Positions 41,642 through 52,450 of a DNA stretch of 64,000 nt are shown here, piece after piece. Source of the DNA: a plasmid; assembly GCF_054482525.1 (NCBI RefSeq), contig NZ_JBTHVG010000007.1; one strand, written 5' to 3'. The notes under the pieces are model-generated. The model worked only from the letters and a program-made list of their open reading frames with translations. It ran no database searches and was not told the DNA's origin. A program made the position numbers and the translations under genes. Positions within the stretch are counted from its first letter, which is position 1. The number at the start of each line of letters is the position of its first letter.

Positions 41642-41864
41642 CAGGTTTCTGCAGGTCAGTCAGGGCAGAAAAACAAAAATACAGAATAAACAGGAGCACA
41701 CCGGAGTAAAGGATAACGAAAGCAGCGGCAAGCATCCCGTCTGCCGTGGTTTCTTTTACCGTATCCCACGACCAGATAATTACCGGAGAAATGACAATCG
41801 CTGTAATCAAAAGCCGGATAAGAAAATCAATAAAACGGTTCGACGTGAATATGACTTTCATCAT
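41604..41864 (-). CDS. trbE: TrbE
   Basis: 86-aa membrane ORF between traN and traF. Confidence 0.7.
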   Translation of the reverse strand: MMKVIFTSNRFIDFLIRLLITAIVISPVIIWSWDTVKETTADGMLAAAFVILYSGVLLFILYFCFSALTDLQKPDERKSDERNEDE

Positions 41865-41887
41865 TTCCCCCGGTTATTTCCCATACC

Positions 41888-43696
41888 TTACTGTCCTGCC
41901 TGTTTCAGCTGGTCAGCAATCTGCTCTTTCACTTTCTGCGTCAGAACGCCACTGTCCGGGATTTTCTGGTTATTCATCAGGTCTTCGTAGAAGTTAGTGA
42001 AATCCAGTCTGTTGAACTGAATTTTCTGCAGCTCATCAACCGTAATCCCCCGACAGTCAGGATGCTTCGCACTACCAAAACTGATACGCAACTGACCGTT
42101 GCGCCCCTGCTGCTGGACTATCTGCGCCAGCTTCGAATCAAACTGACAGTAGCTGCGTTTTTTCTCCAGACAGACACCCAGCACTTTCTTCGAACAGAAC
42201 TCCCCGACGCTGACGGTCAGTTTGTTTGATTTTGCTTTAGCCAGGGCCTTTTCATCACTGCTGCATTTGGCCAGCCCGATATCCTGTCCCCAGCCGCTGT
42301 CCTTACAGCAGTTGCTGTATCCGGCTGCAGCCTTCTTACAAAATTTCGCCTGACCGGTGAAAGCACGGACATCCCCCCCGTTCAGCGCCGCAACATCCTT
42401 ACCTGCTGCGGCCAGTGCCGCCAGCTGAGAAACGGCTTCGGCAAAATCATTACTCTGCCCGCTCTGAGCCTTATCGCATTCGCCATCGAGACAGAATACG
42501 TCTCCCCCACAGACCATCACTTTCCCGGATGTTTTTGACTCACAGGAGTACGTGGCATATTCATGCAGACAGGCACCTTCTTCGGAGTAAAAGGCACACT
42601 GGTGTGACACCAGGGTACAGGCAGGATTGTCGGTGTAGGTCTGACAGGTTCCCTTGTCTGCTGACTGCGTGACATACGTGTCCCGGTATGCCCAGCAGCT
42701 CTGGTACATGCTGTATGACTGACCGTCTTTCACCAGCGTCCTGTTCCCGCCAGCCTCCGTACATTCTGTTTTTGTCAGTTTCCCCTGCTCCTTGCTGAAC
42801 GGGCAGCTTTCAGACCAGACAACATACGGGGTGTACGAGGCTTTTTTTACCCTGACAACCAGACGCAGCTTCATTGCCGTATGACGTTTGAATTTTGTAT
42901 TCCCGACCCGGACGGGGTGAGATGACGTAAAAGCCACACCGGCAGTCAGTGTTTTCTGTACTGGTGTAAATGAGGCATCTGCTGAGTATTTGGCATTCCA
43001 GCTCAGTGGGGTTCCCAGTACTGTAATTGTCATAGGTACACTCTTCTGCAAGTAAGTACGACTCCAGCTGTAATGCGCATCGACAATTTCACCGGTAACG
43101 GGAGAGGTAATGGAGACAACATACTGACCATTCACTTCACGTGCAGGTAGCTGACTCATTTCATACTCCAGCGTCCGGGTTTCCCATGTGGTACTCCCCT
43201 GCAGCTCCATACGGGCAGTTCGTGTGCAGTACTGCTCCACCTGTAAATCCCGCTCACAGGTGTAATTCGTGTATTCACTCCTGCTAATCTCCTGCGCACT
43301 GCACTGCTGCCCGGTGTTTCCCACAATGCTGTCAGCCCGGTTCACCACATCCCTGCCGGTCTGGATAAACGGTGCATCCGGTGAAAGAATGTCTTTCGGC
43401 TTGTTCATGAATGACTCTGTAATGGTTTTTCCGGTTTCACCGGTCGCCCATTCCGTGGTGCCGTCATTTTTCAGGCCGCCATCCCCGCCGGCAGTCACGC
43501 CACCGTAATATTTTGTCTCGTCCGGATTCGCGTTATAGCCGGGGATACTCTCCTGTGGCTTAAAGCCCTGAATACTGCTGCTTCCCTGCCCTTTGATCTG
43601 GTGAGCAAAATCAGAACCGGCCCGGTAATCACTGTTGCTGTCAGCCTGTGCCATGCCGGCAACCAGAGCCAGTATCAGAGGTAAAATACGTTTCAT
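41888..43696 (-). CDS. traN: TraN outer-membrane mating-pair stabilisation protein
   Basis: 602-aa cysteine-rich ORF with signal peptide. Confidence 0.9.
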   Translation of the reverse strand: MKRILPLILALVAGMAQADSNSDYRAGSDFAHQIKGQGSSSIQGFKPQESIPGYNANPDETKYYGGVTAGGDGGLKNDGTTEWATGETGKTITESFMNKPKDILSPDAPFIQTGRDVVNRADSIVGNTGQQCSAQEISRSEYTNYTCERDLQVEQYCTRTARMELQGSTTWETRTLEYEMSQLPAREVNGQYVVSITSPVTGEIVDAHYSWSRTYLQKSVPMTITVLGTPLSWNAKYSADASFTPVQKTLTAGVAFTSSHPVRVGNTKFKRHTAMKLRLVVRVKKASYTPYVVWSESCPFSKEQGKLTKTECTEAGGNRTLVKDGQSYSMYQSCWAYRDTYVTQSADKGTCQTYTDNPACTLVSHQCAFYSEEGACLHEYATYSCESKTSGKVMVCGGDVFCLDGECDKAQSGQSNDFAEAVSQLAALAAAGKDVAALNGGDVRAFTGQAKFCKKAAAGYSNCCKDSGWGQDIGLAKCSSDEKALAKAKSNKLTVSVGEFCSKKVLGVCLEKKRSYCQFDSKLAQIVQQQGRNGQLRISFGSAKHPDCRGITVDELQKIQFNRLDFTNFYEDLMNNQKIPDSGVLTQKVKEQIADQLKQAGQ

Positions 43697-44334
43697 TTCC
43701 CGGAATCTCCTTTCCCTGCCAGTAAATCATGAGCCACCTGCCGGCAGTCACCCGTGGCGGCCACTTTCTCCAGCGCCTGGCCGACCCGCAGGTTTCCCCG
43801 GATGATGTCGTATCCCTGACTGCAGAACACCACCAGTGCCGGTACAGTGCGAATGCCGTACTGTGAAAACAGCGTCGGGTCGATCTGAACACCATCAGTC
43901 GCTCCGTCTTTCACCAGGGACAACACAGCTTCAGCGGTGGTCTTCAGGTCATTGTTCACCATGCCCCGCAGTGTGGCCGGAATACCGTAGTGCCGGGTTT
44001 CGCCCAGCATTCGTTTCAGCCCCTCTTCGGGAATGGAAAACGACACAAAATACAGAGCACCCTGCCGGGGTTTCCCGTCCTGCGAAGCCTGCTGTTTACG
44101 AACCAGCTCATCCAGGAAATGGTTATCTGAACGCTGAAGGGGGGTTTCCAGCACCTGTTTCTCCGCCCAGGCTTTCAGCTGATGGTCAGGTTTTTCACGC
44201 AGTTGTCTGCTTAAATTTTCCTGCTGCTTCAGGAACTGGCGGTTTTCAGGAGTGTTCACGTTTTCTGACGCCATAACCGCCCCGTTCAGCATCATCAGCA
44301 GTGCTGCCAGAGATTTCATACTCAGCTTCATCAT
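43693..44334 (-). CDS. trbC: TrbC pilus assembly protein
   Basis: 213-aa ORF with signal peptide; F gene order. Confidence 0.85.
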   Translation of the reverse strand: MMKLSMKSLAALLMMLNGAVMASENVNTPENRQFLKQQENLSRQLREKPDHQLKAWAEKQVLETPLQRSDNHFLDELVRKQQASQDGKPRQGALYFVSFSIPEEGLKRMLGETRHYGIPATLRGMVNNDLKTTAEAVLSLVKDGATDGVQIDPTLFSQYGIRTVPALVVFCSQGYDIIRGNLRVGQALEKVAATGDCRQVAHDLLAGKGDSGK

Positions 44335-44339
44335 TCACC

Positions 44340-45332
44340 TCACAGGAAGACACAGTTACGTTTACGCCACATCAGGTAGCCGAAGTTTTTCTTTGTGTTG
44401 GGCGGATTTTTCCCGGTTTCCCAGCGGGTCACGCTGCGCCCGAACGGGTGGCACTGCCCGCTGTCCGGATACATATTCACCATCTGGTAACGCCAGCGTT
44501 CTTTGGGCAGGATTGGGGACGGATATTCATTACAGACGGCGTTATTTTTCCCGATGGTTTCCATAATCATGCCCTGACGGTGCAGCTTGAACGCCATGCG
44601 TTCACTGACCAGCAGGGAGGACTGCAACGGACTGGACTCATTACTCACCCAGCCATTGAACGGGTACATACTTCCCTGCGAACCGGCACACCAGAACAGA
44701 ACATCGAGAGGCATATTAAAGGCGCTGGCAATCGCATCTGCTGCGCAGGCTCCCTGTGCTATCGGATTGGCAAAGATGACAGCTTCCGGATTGAGAATGG
44801 TGGTCAGGCTGCTGTCCGTCCAGGTGGGGTCGATTTCAGAAAGATAAGCGATATCCAGGTCACCACCTTCCAGACAGCCCAGCGATGTGATGATGTTCAG
44901 CCAGTACGTCAGCGGGTATTTGTACCAGTGAACGTGATAGAACGCCCCATTTACCTGCTTCTCATCCTTTTTCGCCGTTCCCTGTGCCGTTTTACCAAAA
45001 GCCGGCAGGCTGAAGCCCAGGTTCACCATGCATCCCGGTGACCGGGTGACGTCCGTCAACGCCATCGGCTCCCAGTAACCAATGGCCAGCCCGATACGCC
45101 TGAACAGCGGCGGCGGTGCCGGACAAATCTGAATGGGCATCGACGGGTTCGCCGTGTCGGGGACCTTACCCTGACTGACTTTGATACTGCCCAGCGAGAG
45201 CGGGAAAATACAGCTCCAGCAGATATCTGTGATCGGGTTTACAAAACGCCCCTCACAGGCAGAATCCGCAGACGCCGCAGGGACATGACCGGCGAAAAGG
45301 AATAACATCAGCAGCCACAGCCTTCGCTTCAT
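44340..45332 (-). CDS. traU: TraU
   Basis: 330-aa ORF with signal peptide; F gene order. Confidence 0.9.
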   Translation of the reverse strand: MKRRLWLLMLFLFAGHVPAASADSACEGRFVNPITDICWSCIFPLSLGSIKVSQGKVPDTANPSMPIQICPAPPPLFRRIGLAIGYWEPMALTDVTRSPGCMVNLGFSLPAFGKTAQGTAKKDEKQVNGAFYHVHWYKYPLTYWLNIITSLGCLEGGDLDIAYLSEIDPTWTDSSLTTILNPEAVIFANPIAQGACAADAIASAFNMPLDVLFWCAGSQGSMYPFNGWVSNESSPLQSSLLVSERMAFKLHRQGMIMETIGKNNAVCNEYPSPILPKERWRYQMVNMYPDSGQCHPFGRSVTRWETGKNPPNTKKNFGYLMWRKRNCVFL

Positions 45333-45964
45333 TTTCTGCCCTCCTCTGCCGGAATAAATTCCACCTTCAGGAAGCGATCGCCGGGAACGGCGCTCACCCG
45401 TGCCGGGACCTGATCAATGCCGAGGCGCTGGCAGAGCACACCGTTCTGGTCAAAGTAAACACGGCTGTCCAGAGACTTCTGCATCTCCGGGATACTGCCT
45501 TGCACGAGGATAATTTTGCTCTCCAGTGTGGGCGGCGTCTGGCGTTTCATCCAGGCCACCTGCGCCGGATCATCGCCATTGATGAAATACAGCGTCTGGT
45601 TAAAAGGAACATACTGCAGCGGATTCATCACTTCACCCTGACGGGCAAACACCCGCCCTTCGTTATCCCGGATATCCGCAGCCAGTCTGACGGACGGGTC
45701 AAACAACCGGCTGCCGTATTTCTCCGTGCGTCCGATACCGGGCACGGCAGGGGGCCGCAGACTGTTGCGGATCACCCGCTCCTTAAAGGCATCCATTTTC
45801 CGGCCCATCTCACCGGACTGCTCCAGTGCCGTCAGGCGCTGCATGATCACCGTCAGCATGTCCGGCTCCTTTACCGGCCACAGATCGCCCCAGGTACCAA
45901 GATCGGCGGCGGCCACACTCTGCCCCCATATCAGCAGGGCAATCAGCCCCCGGCATCTCATGGT
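45329..45964 (-). CDS. traW: TraW
   Basis: About 210-aa product from MRCRGLIALLIWGQSVAAADLGTWG...; ORF track start further upstream is probably not used. Confidence 0.8.
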   Translation of the reverse strand, partial: TMRCRGLIALLIWGQSVAAADLGTWGDLWPVKEPDMLTVIMQRLTALEQSGEMGRKMDAFKERVIRNSLRPPAVPGIGRTEKYGSRLFDPSVRLAADIRDNEGRVFARQGEVMNPLQYVPFNQTLYFINGDDPAQVAWMKRQTPPTLESKIILVQGSIPEMQKSLDSRVYFDQNGVLCQRLGIDQVPARVSAVPGDRFLKVEFIPAEEGRK

Positions 45965-46344
45965 TCCGCCCTCATTCGCCGGGCAATATCCTGCTGGATT
46001 TCCCGGGTGATATCCGGTGCCCCCTGTACCACAGCAGGCGACACCAGAATGACCGCGTGGTGTTTCTGCTGCCACGCCTGCAGGCTGGCTTCCAGTGCCG
46101 TGTTAAAACGCGCTGAAAGGGCTTTTGACTGCGCTTCTGACAGTTGTTTCTGACTGGCTCTGTCAAAAAACGCATCCACGGTCTGTTTCATGTTGAAGGC
46201 GACAGTCACCGGTGCGTTCAGTCTGACAATGCCGTAACTGACGGCTGCGTTCAGTAACACCATTGCCAGGCATCCCGGCACCGTCCACCACCAGTGGCTG
46301 CGTCGTTCTGCCATGACGTCGGCGGGTTTCTGCGTTGAACTCAT
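45958..46344 (-). CDS. trbI: TrbI
   Basis: 128-aa ORF between traC and traW. Confidence 0.8.
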   Translation of the reverse strand: MSSTQKPADVMAERRSHWWWTVPGCLAMVLLNAAVSYGIVRLNAPVTVAFNMKQTVDAFFDRASQKQLSEAQSKALSARFNTALEASLQAWQQKHHAVILVSPAVVQGAPDITREIQQDIARRMRAEP

Positions 46345-48968
46345 GCCACACTCCTGTATTTCTCATGTTCTTCCAGCCAGGCTTCCAGCGAAGCCATTTC
46401 CGGCCCTGACTTCTTCCACGCCAGCTGCCACACTGCCTCATGAATACTCAGCCCCTCTTTACGCTTCTGCTGCACAAACTCAAAATCCGGGCCGTCAGAG
46501 CTGTACATGGCGCGGCTTAACGGGTCCACAAACAGACGGTGCCAGGAGGAATGGTTTTCCACCTGCAGCAGGAAGGAACTGAACCACTGGTCTTTGGCCG
46601 CACCAAACTTACCAATCATGTCGCGCTGCAGTGGCAGGAACTGGTCCGGATACAGTTGGTTGTATTTCGCGAACTCCTTCGCACTCTGTTTGAGGATAAT
46701 TTTGTAGGAGGAGTTACCCCATGCCGCGCGGGCAGCACTGGAGGCCTTATCAGAGTCAAAGTCGACGATGTTCTGTGTGATGGTGATATAGGCACCGGTA
46801 TGACGGCGGGCCGTACGGTAGCCTTTCTCAATAAATTCACCGACCTTGTGATTTTTGAAGTCCAGCAGACGCCAGCCTTCATCAATAACGTTCAGTTTCT
46901 TGAGGTTACGCGGCGTGCGGTACATCCTGTTCTCGATGTAGATAATCAGGGAGAACATCACCGCAACCAGCAGTGACGGACGGTCTTCCAGTCCGCCCAG
47001 CTCCAGCACCACCATTTTTGCGTCATCCCGCAGGGACGGCTCATCAGAGTTAAAATACTGGCCGTAAGTGCCGTTGGCAGTGTACTGGTCAAGCAGCACA
47101 ATCATTTCGTCCAGACGGCTGCGGATAGTCGGTGACTCGGCATACTGCTCGCTGTCACTGGCGTTTTTCAGGAAATCCACCACGTCATCAATACGTGCTC
47201 TGTTCTCTTTGGCCAGCCAGGAGGCTCTGACCGCCTGCAACAGCAGACCTTCATGCACTTCATCCAGGTTACCGTTGGGGCTGGCCATCACTGACAACTG
47301 GTCACGGACACGCTCCGCTGACTGGTCAATATCGGTGATGTTCGCAAACGGGTTAAAACGCAGGGTTTCACCGTCCAGATACACCCCGCCCATGTTCTCA
47401 CACAGGGACTTGTATCCATCCCCCATGTCGAACACCACGGCAAAGCCTCCGGAGTCCAGCACGCTGCGGATAAGTGGCTGTATCAGCCCGGTTTTACCGG
47501 CCCCGGAGGTGCCACAGACCGCCATGTTGTAGTTGGTGTTATTCATCCCCCGGAAGAAAATATCGATAAACGCCAGCTGGTTACGGTAGGTGGGTGCCAG
47601 CAGACCTGCCGGTGTCAGGGGGTTATCCGCCACTAACGGCATCAGGTTGGCAACATTAAAGCTCTCTGCGCGCTGAACCACTCCGGCCTCTTTCAACTGT
47701 TTAAACAGCCCTTTCCCGGCCATAAAGGGCAGGCAGGTCAGGAAATTGCGCATGTGGTTAAAGCGCGGTGAAATCAGCTCAAAACCGTTTTTACGAAAGC
47801 TGTTCAGGATGTCCTGCTCCACTTCCAGCGCCGTTTCATTATTGTCCTTGCAGAATGCTGTGATGTTGAGGAAGTAGGACACCACGGAGGACTGACCGGA
47901 GCCCAGCCGCTGACGCAGTTCCCCCCACTCCTTCGCCTCTTTCTCCACGGACGGAAACCATTTGGCATAGGAGGTCTTCGACTTTTTCTCCAGGTCCATG
48001 TACTTCAGGTTGGCTTCGCTGTGGGTTTTCACCTGGTCTTCCACCACCAGAGTCAGCGTCAGGATGAACGGACAGGAGATGGACAGTTCCGGGTTCAGCA
48101 GGTTGCTGTAGTTGTCGGCCACGTTCCACAGGAAGGCGATTTCCGGGTTACGGGCCAGATGGAAATTCAGGATGCGGGCCGTGCTGTTCCTGCCGTTCTC
48201 ACGCAGGCCCAGCGTCAGGTAATCAGCCCGGACTTTCAGATCAAAACTGTCCTCCACACACTGATAATTCAGATCAGAATACGGGTCCAGCTGACGTCTT
48301 TTCGGGTACAGGGAGTCCGGGTTATGGTTAATCATCTCCCCGACAATATCGATAAAGGCCTGTGCATCCACCGTCTGTGTGGTGATACTGGCCCCCTGTA
48401 ACGACGCCCGGATGATTTTCACCAGGTTTTCCATTTCCAGAATGTCGGCCCGGCTTTTTTTCTTCGAAGGAGAACAGTACGAGATAAACACCCGGTAATG
48501 GCGCAGGGTCAGGGGCAGATTCATCCCCTCCGGCAGCGGAAACTGTGTCGCTGCCGCTTTCATATAATAGGCCCGGGTAATGGCGTTAAACCGTTCAGCC
48601 TGTTCACCTGACCAGGAGAACTCACGCAGCCCGTATTCAATCCTGTCACCAACCAGCTGACTGGACATCAGATGGATACACAACGGAATACCGCGCGGCA
48701 GTTTGGTGCGCAGCATGTGATCGAGGGCCTCCACAATGGACTCATTCGCCCCATTGATGGGGATGGCTTCCAGCATAAAGCCCATCGTGGTGTCATTCAT
48801 GAACAGACCGGATTCCTGGTTGTAATCACGGTACGGCAGCAGACGGCTGAACTGCGGGAAGCTCATTTCGCCCAGAACTTCATTGGCCTTTGCGGATTCG
48901 TCAGGCAGTTTCAGTGCTGTGACGAGGGAGTTAACCGCCTGAGTGACGGCCTCAAGTGGGTTATTCAC
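46341..48968 (-). CDS. traC: TraC (VirB4-like ATPase)
   Basis: 875-aa ORF with Walker A (GTSGAGKT). Confidence 0.95.
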   Translation of the reverse strand: MNNPLEAVTQAVNSLVTALKLPDESAKANEVLGEMSFPQFSRLLPYRDYNQESGLFMNDTTMGFMLEAIPINGANESIVEALDHMLRTKLPRGIPLCIHLMSSQLVGDRIEYGLREFSWSGEQAERFNAITRAYYMKAAATQFPLPEGMNLPLTLRHYRVFISYCSPSKKKSRADILEMENLVKIIRASLQGASITTQTVDAQAFIDIVGEMINHNPDSLYPKRRQLDPYSDLNYQCVEDSFDLKVRADYLTLGLRENGRNSTARILNFHLARNPEIAFLWNVADNYSNLLNPELSISCPFILTLTLVVEDQVKTHSEANLKYMDLEKKSKTSYAKWFPSVEKEAKEWGELRQRLGSGQSSVVSYFLNITAFCKDNNETALEVEQDILNSFRKNGFELISPRFNHMRNFLTCLPFMAGKGLFKQLKEAGVVQRAESFNVANLMPLVADNPLTPAGLLAPTYRNQLAFIDIFFRGMNNTNYNMAVCGTSGAGKTGLIQPLIRSVLDSGGFAVVFDMGDGYKSLCENMGGVYLDGETLRFNPFANITDIDQSAERVRDQLSVMASPNGNLDEVHEGLLLQAVRASWLAKENRARIDDVVDFLKNASDSEQYAESPTIRSRLDEMIVLLDQYTANGTYGQYFNSDEPSLRDDAKMVVLELGGLEDRPSLLVAVMFSLIIYIENRMYRTPRNLKKLNVIDEGWRLLDFKNHKVGEFIEKGYRTARRHTGAYITITQNIVDFDSDKASSAARAAWGNSSYKIILKQSAKEFAKYNQLYPDQFLPLQRDMIGKFGAAKDQWFSSFLLQVENHSSWHRLFVDPLSRAMYSSDGPDFEFVQQKRKEGLSIHEAVWQLAWKKSGPEMASLEAWLEEHEKYRSVA

Positions 48969-49127
48969 ATGAATTCCTTAGTTGAAAAATAAAGCGAGAA
49001 ATGCGGTAGCCATGAAGGGAATACCTGTAATTAACGCGCCATTTCCCGGCGCATATACAAAGATTTCTGTTTTCTGAATATCCACTCATGTTCATCCGGA
49101 ATTAAATCACTATGTTCTGCGACTGAC

Positions 49128-49349
49128 TTATGCATAATGTTTTCTCTGTCTTTCCTGATACGCCTGACATTCAACGCACAACGTCACACCGGGAAATATT
49201 TTCCGCCGGGCTTCCGGAATAGGATTTCCGCATGCTTCACAGAGATAAACAGGAATACCATGAGCATTTATTTTCTGGCGTATCCGGTTTATTCCTGTCA
49301 TGGTCAGTTGTTCTGTCACTGAATATGCTTCATCGGCTTCATCACTCAC
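49128..49349 (-). CDS. traR: TraR (DksA/TraR-family zinc-finger protein)
   Basis: 73-aa ORF with CxxC...CxxC. Confidence 0.85.
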   Translation of the reverse strand: MSDEADEAYSVTEQLTMTGINRIRQKINAHGIPVYLCEACGNPIPEARRKIFPGVTLCVECQAYQERQRKHYA

Positions 49350-49483
49350 GGAATATTCCTCCCGACATGTTCTGACACGCTACCGCCCATCCCTTTTCAC
49401 GCACAGGGCACTCGTTTTACAGGCAGATTTTGAATACAGAAAGCCCGCCGGCATTGCCGGCTGATATACAACTTCAGGGCCAG

Positions 49484-49999
49484 TTAATTAATACGTGGTT
49501 TTCCCCACGCAGACGGTTTAATAACAAAAAACACGCTGGATGGCTGATGATAAACATCCTGGTTATCAATATAAGGCGCTATCCATAATGCTGCCGTCTG
49601 CTCACCCGTTCTTAGCGGACGAGGAGGTGTTACCGGCGTAACTGAACTGACCGGAACAACCGTTTTCACTTCCCGGGCAGCGGTAAACAGCGGGCGAGGT
49701 GCCAGCAGTTTCTGCTCCGGATGTGCTGTCACCGCAGGTCTGCTGCCGGACGGAGTGGTCGCGGTGACGGTCTGCACCGGCATTGTCCGGAAGTTCCCTT
49801 CAGCCAGGCGCGGCAGTGATGCCGCAACCGGCTTTGCTTCTGAGGACTGCTCCAGTTTTTTGGCCTTCTCATTGGCCTGCTCCATCGTCATACAGGTATC
49901 GGATGTGGTGGCGTTACACTCAAATTCCGTACTGGTTCCGGCACAGCCGGAAAGTAATAAGGTCCCCAGCAGAGGAATAAAGAAAGAAATCTGTTTCAT
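49484..49999 (-). CDS. traV: TraV outer-membrane lipoprotein
   Basis: 171-aa ORF with lipobox LSGCAG. Confidence 0.85.
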   Translation of the reverse strand: MKQISFFIPLLGTLLLSGCAGTSTEFECNATTSDTCMTMEQANEKAKKLEQSSEAKPVAASLPRLAEGNFRTMPVQTVTATTPSGSRPAVTAHPEQKLLAPRPLFTAAREVKTVVPVSSVTPVTPPRPLRTGEQTAALWIAPYIDNQDVYHQPSSVFFVIKPSAWGKPRIN

Positions 50000-50247
50000 T
50001 GTCCCTCACCTTTCTCATCGCAGTTCACAAAATCCTTCTTCAAATCCCTGACCGTACAGGTTTTTACAATGTCAGGATTTTCAAAAACCGTACTCCGTGA
50101 TGATTTATAAACATATGCCACAATGCGTTTCCCACCCGCATCAGGTTCTGGTGCACTGACTTCACATAACGGAGGTGTTATTCCGGACTCATACAGCACC
50201 GGATAATTTATTTTTTTGACGCTGCCATCAGAAACCAGCTTATTCAT
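49996..50247 (-). CDS. trbG: TrbG
   Basis: 83-aa ORF in F gene order. Confidence 0.7.
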   Translation of the reverse strand: MNKLVSDGSVKKINYPVLYESGITPPLCEVSAPEPDAGGKRIVAYVYKSSRSTVFENPDIVKTCTVRDLKKDFVNCDEKGEGQ

Positions 50248-50258
50248 CGAAGGGTTCC

Positions 50259-50489
50259 TTATATTTCTGAATTCTTCATCACACCGACAGCAGTCATATT
50301 AAAATTGTCCGGCAATGACTCAGAACCGAATTTCTCCGGTGCAGGAAGTACGATTCTTGTGGCGCAGTTACTGAGAACAGCATGCATAAAATCATCTGAC
50401 ACGGTTTTACCCGGCACAGAGAGGGCTGTAATAACATTAATATTACGCATGTTCATTTTTATCTCCGTTGTTTCTGTTTGTTCTGTCAT
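50259..50489 (-). CDS. trbD: TrbD
   Basis: Small ORF between traP and trbG in F gene order. Confidence 0.55.
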   Translation of the reverse strand: MTEQTETTEIKMNMRNINVITALSVPGKTVSDDFMHAVLSNCATRIVLPAPEKFGSESLPDNFNMTAVGVMKNSEI

Positions 50490-51036
50490 CAGGAAGATAA
50501 ACAGGGCATTTCCTGATTTTTCCCGGCAGGGAAGCGTCTTCCGTATAAACTTCCTTCAGATGTTCATCTGCGGTTACCACCCGGATACATTTCATTTTTC
50601 CGGGTCGCACCGGATATTTCCCGGTGATCGCTGCCAGCGAGACATACATCAGTGCCAGTGTTGCCCATAATGCGGTGACCAGTTGCATCAGTGACCGGTC
50701 AGTCTCCCTGACATAATCTGCAGCATCAGCCGCGCGGTAATGGCAGATATCCTGTATTTCTGATCTGCCTGAAGAATCAGAGGAAGAAAACCAGCATTCA
50801 CTGACCGGGAACTGTCCGGCAGGTGCTGTTTGTCTTACGAAGTTAATCTCCTTAACCAGTAATTTCCCCGGCGTGGTGTTGTCCTTCCATAAAACAAACA
50901 GAGCCATCAGGGCCATTGTGGCCAGTGGCAGAATGACGGTGTACTTCAGACACCAGAACAGTCCTCGCAGAACCCGGGCGACAACATACCGGGCGGCATG
51001 GCCCGCCTGACGGGACGACGTATTATTTGCCATCAT
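50443..51036 (-). CDS. traP: TraP
   Basis: 197-aa membrane ORF in F gene order. Confidence 0.8.
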   Translation of the reverse strand: MMANNTSSRQAGHAARYVVARVLRGLFWCLKYTVILPLATMALMALFVLWKDNTTPGKLLVKEINFVRQTAPAGQFPVSECWFSSSDSSGRSEIQDICHYRAADAADYVRETDRSLMQLVTALWATLALMYVSLAAITGKYPVRPGKMKCIRVVTADEHLKEVYTEDASLPGKIRKCPVYLPDDRTNRNNGDKNEHA

Positions 51037-52450
51037 TGCCCCCTCCCTGACTGCCGGACATAAACTGCTGCGGATTCAGGTTGCCCAGCTGCTTCAGCAT
51101 CTGGTCAGTATTAAAGCCGTTAAGATGACTTTCAGCTGATGGCGGAACAGGAACCGGACTTTCCGGATTGTCTTCTTCCGCTCTGCTCTGCGTGCGTTCC
51201 AGCGCCATCTCTTCCACGGTTTTCAGCTGGAAGCCGTCCTGGAACACCACGGTCACTTCGTTGCCCGCACCAATCGGTATCACCGGGTGATACTGTTCGG
51301 CACGTTTGATGTAGTAGTCACTGAGCGTCTGTGCGGCTTTCGATGCGCCGCCACCGATACCCATTTTAAGGACATCGCCGGCCCCGTAAGCAGCAGTGGC
51401 ACCCAGCCCGACAGCCGGCTGGGAGGCGCGCTCCATTCCCTGACCGATACCGTCAACAAATCCCGCGCCCCATGCCCAGCCGAGGATTTTGCCGTTACGC
51501 ATCACCACTTCGCCCTTGATACCGTTTTTACCCCGGAAGCTGACATGCCCCTTAATCGGCATATCAATAGTTTTGCCGTCCTTCAGGCAGCTGATATTGC
51601 GGGTACGTACAATGGCACGCTCACTGGACACATCCCCCCAGGCTTCCAGACCAACAAAACATCCCGTTGCGTCATACGTCTTGCTGTTCGGCATTTCCAC
51701 CAGGCCGGTGATACGCAGCTGCATCGGCACCGTGGATTCATTACCGGTGACAGAGGCATTGGCATCCGCCCCTTCAATCAGCATGGCTTTCGCAAAACTT
51801 CCTGACGGAATGTACGGCAGTGATGGTCCCTGTTTTCCCTCATTACGGGTAAACACCTTACGCTGTATCCGGTTAGGCACCGGCACAGACTGGTACGTCA
51901 CCTGTGGTGGTGGCGTGACACCATTCCCGGGATAAAACGCCGTCGGCGGTGGAACAGCAACGCTGCCCTGCGGCGGGAAGGATACGGGGGTGTTTCCTGG
52001 CTGTGGTTCGCCTTCCGGGCCGGGCGGTGAGGCAGGCATCTGCGGTACAGGCTCACCGGTCGCCGTGACGGGATTAGCACCCAGGGCTTTTACCTGCTCT
52101 GCCAGGGCGGCATTGTCCTGTCCCAACTTTTCAATACGACGCTGGTCATCACCGCGCTGTTTGTTCAGAACATCCAGCTCACGACGGATTTCCTCATACT
52201 GCTTCTGCATCTGCGCTGCCGTCACCTGCATCTCGGTGGTGGCATGCTGACGCACCTTGTCATCAAAGGTCGTATCCACCACACCGGTCATATCCGGCAC
52301 AGGCTCCTGTTCAGCCACGGTTTCACCGTTACCGGACATGTCCACATCAGACAGATACAGTGCCCCACCAATCGCGGAGGCTGTACCGACAACCACAATC
52401 CCCAGCCACAGGTACTGCTTGCGTTTCACAATGGTATTGATACTGGCCAT
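51023..52450 (-). CDS. traB: TraB (VirB10-like)
   Basis: 475-aa ORF with N-terminal TM segment and proline-rich region. Confidence 0.9.
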   Translation of the reverse strand: MASINTIVKRKQYLWLGIVVVGTASAIGGALYLSDVDMSGNGETVAEQEPVPDMTGVVDTTFDDKVRQHATTEMQVTAAQMQKQYEEIRRELDVLNKQRGDDQRRIEKLGQDNAALAEQVKALGANPVTATGEPVPQMPASPPGPEGEPQPGNTPVSFPPQGSVAVPPPTAFYPGNGVTPPPQVTYQSVPVPNRIQRKVFTRNEGKQGPSLPYIPSGSFAKAMLIEGADANASVTGNESTVPMQLRITGLVEMPNSKTYDATGCFVGLEAWGDVSSERAIVRTRNISCLKDGKTIDMPIKGHVSFRGKNGIKGEVVMRNGKILGWAWGAGFVDGIGQGMERASQPAVGLGATAAYGAGDVLKMGIGGGASKAAQTLSDYYIKRAEQYHPVIPIGAGNEVTVVFQDGFQLKTVEEMALERTQSRAEEDNPESPVPVPPSAESHLNGFNTDQMLKQLGNLNPQQFMSGSQGGGNDGK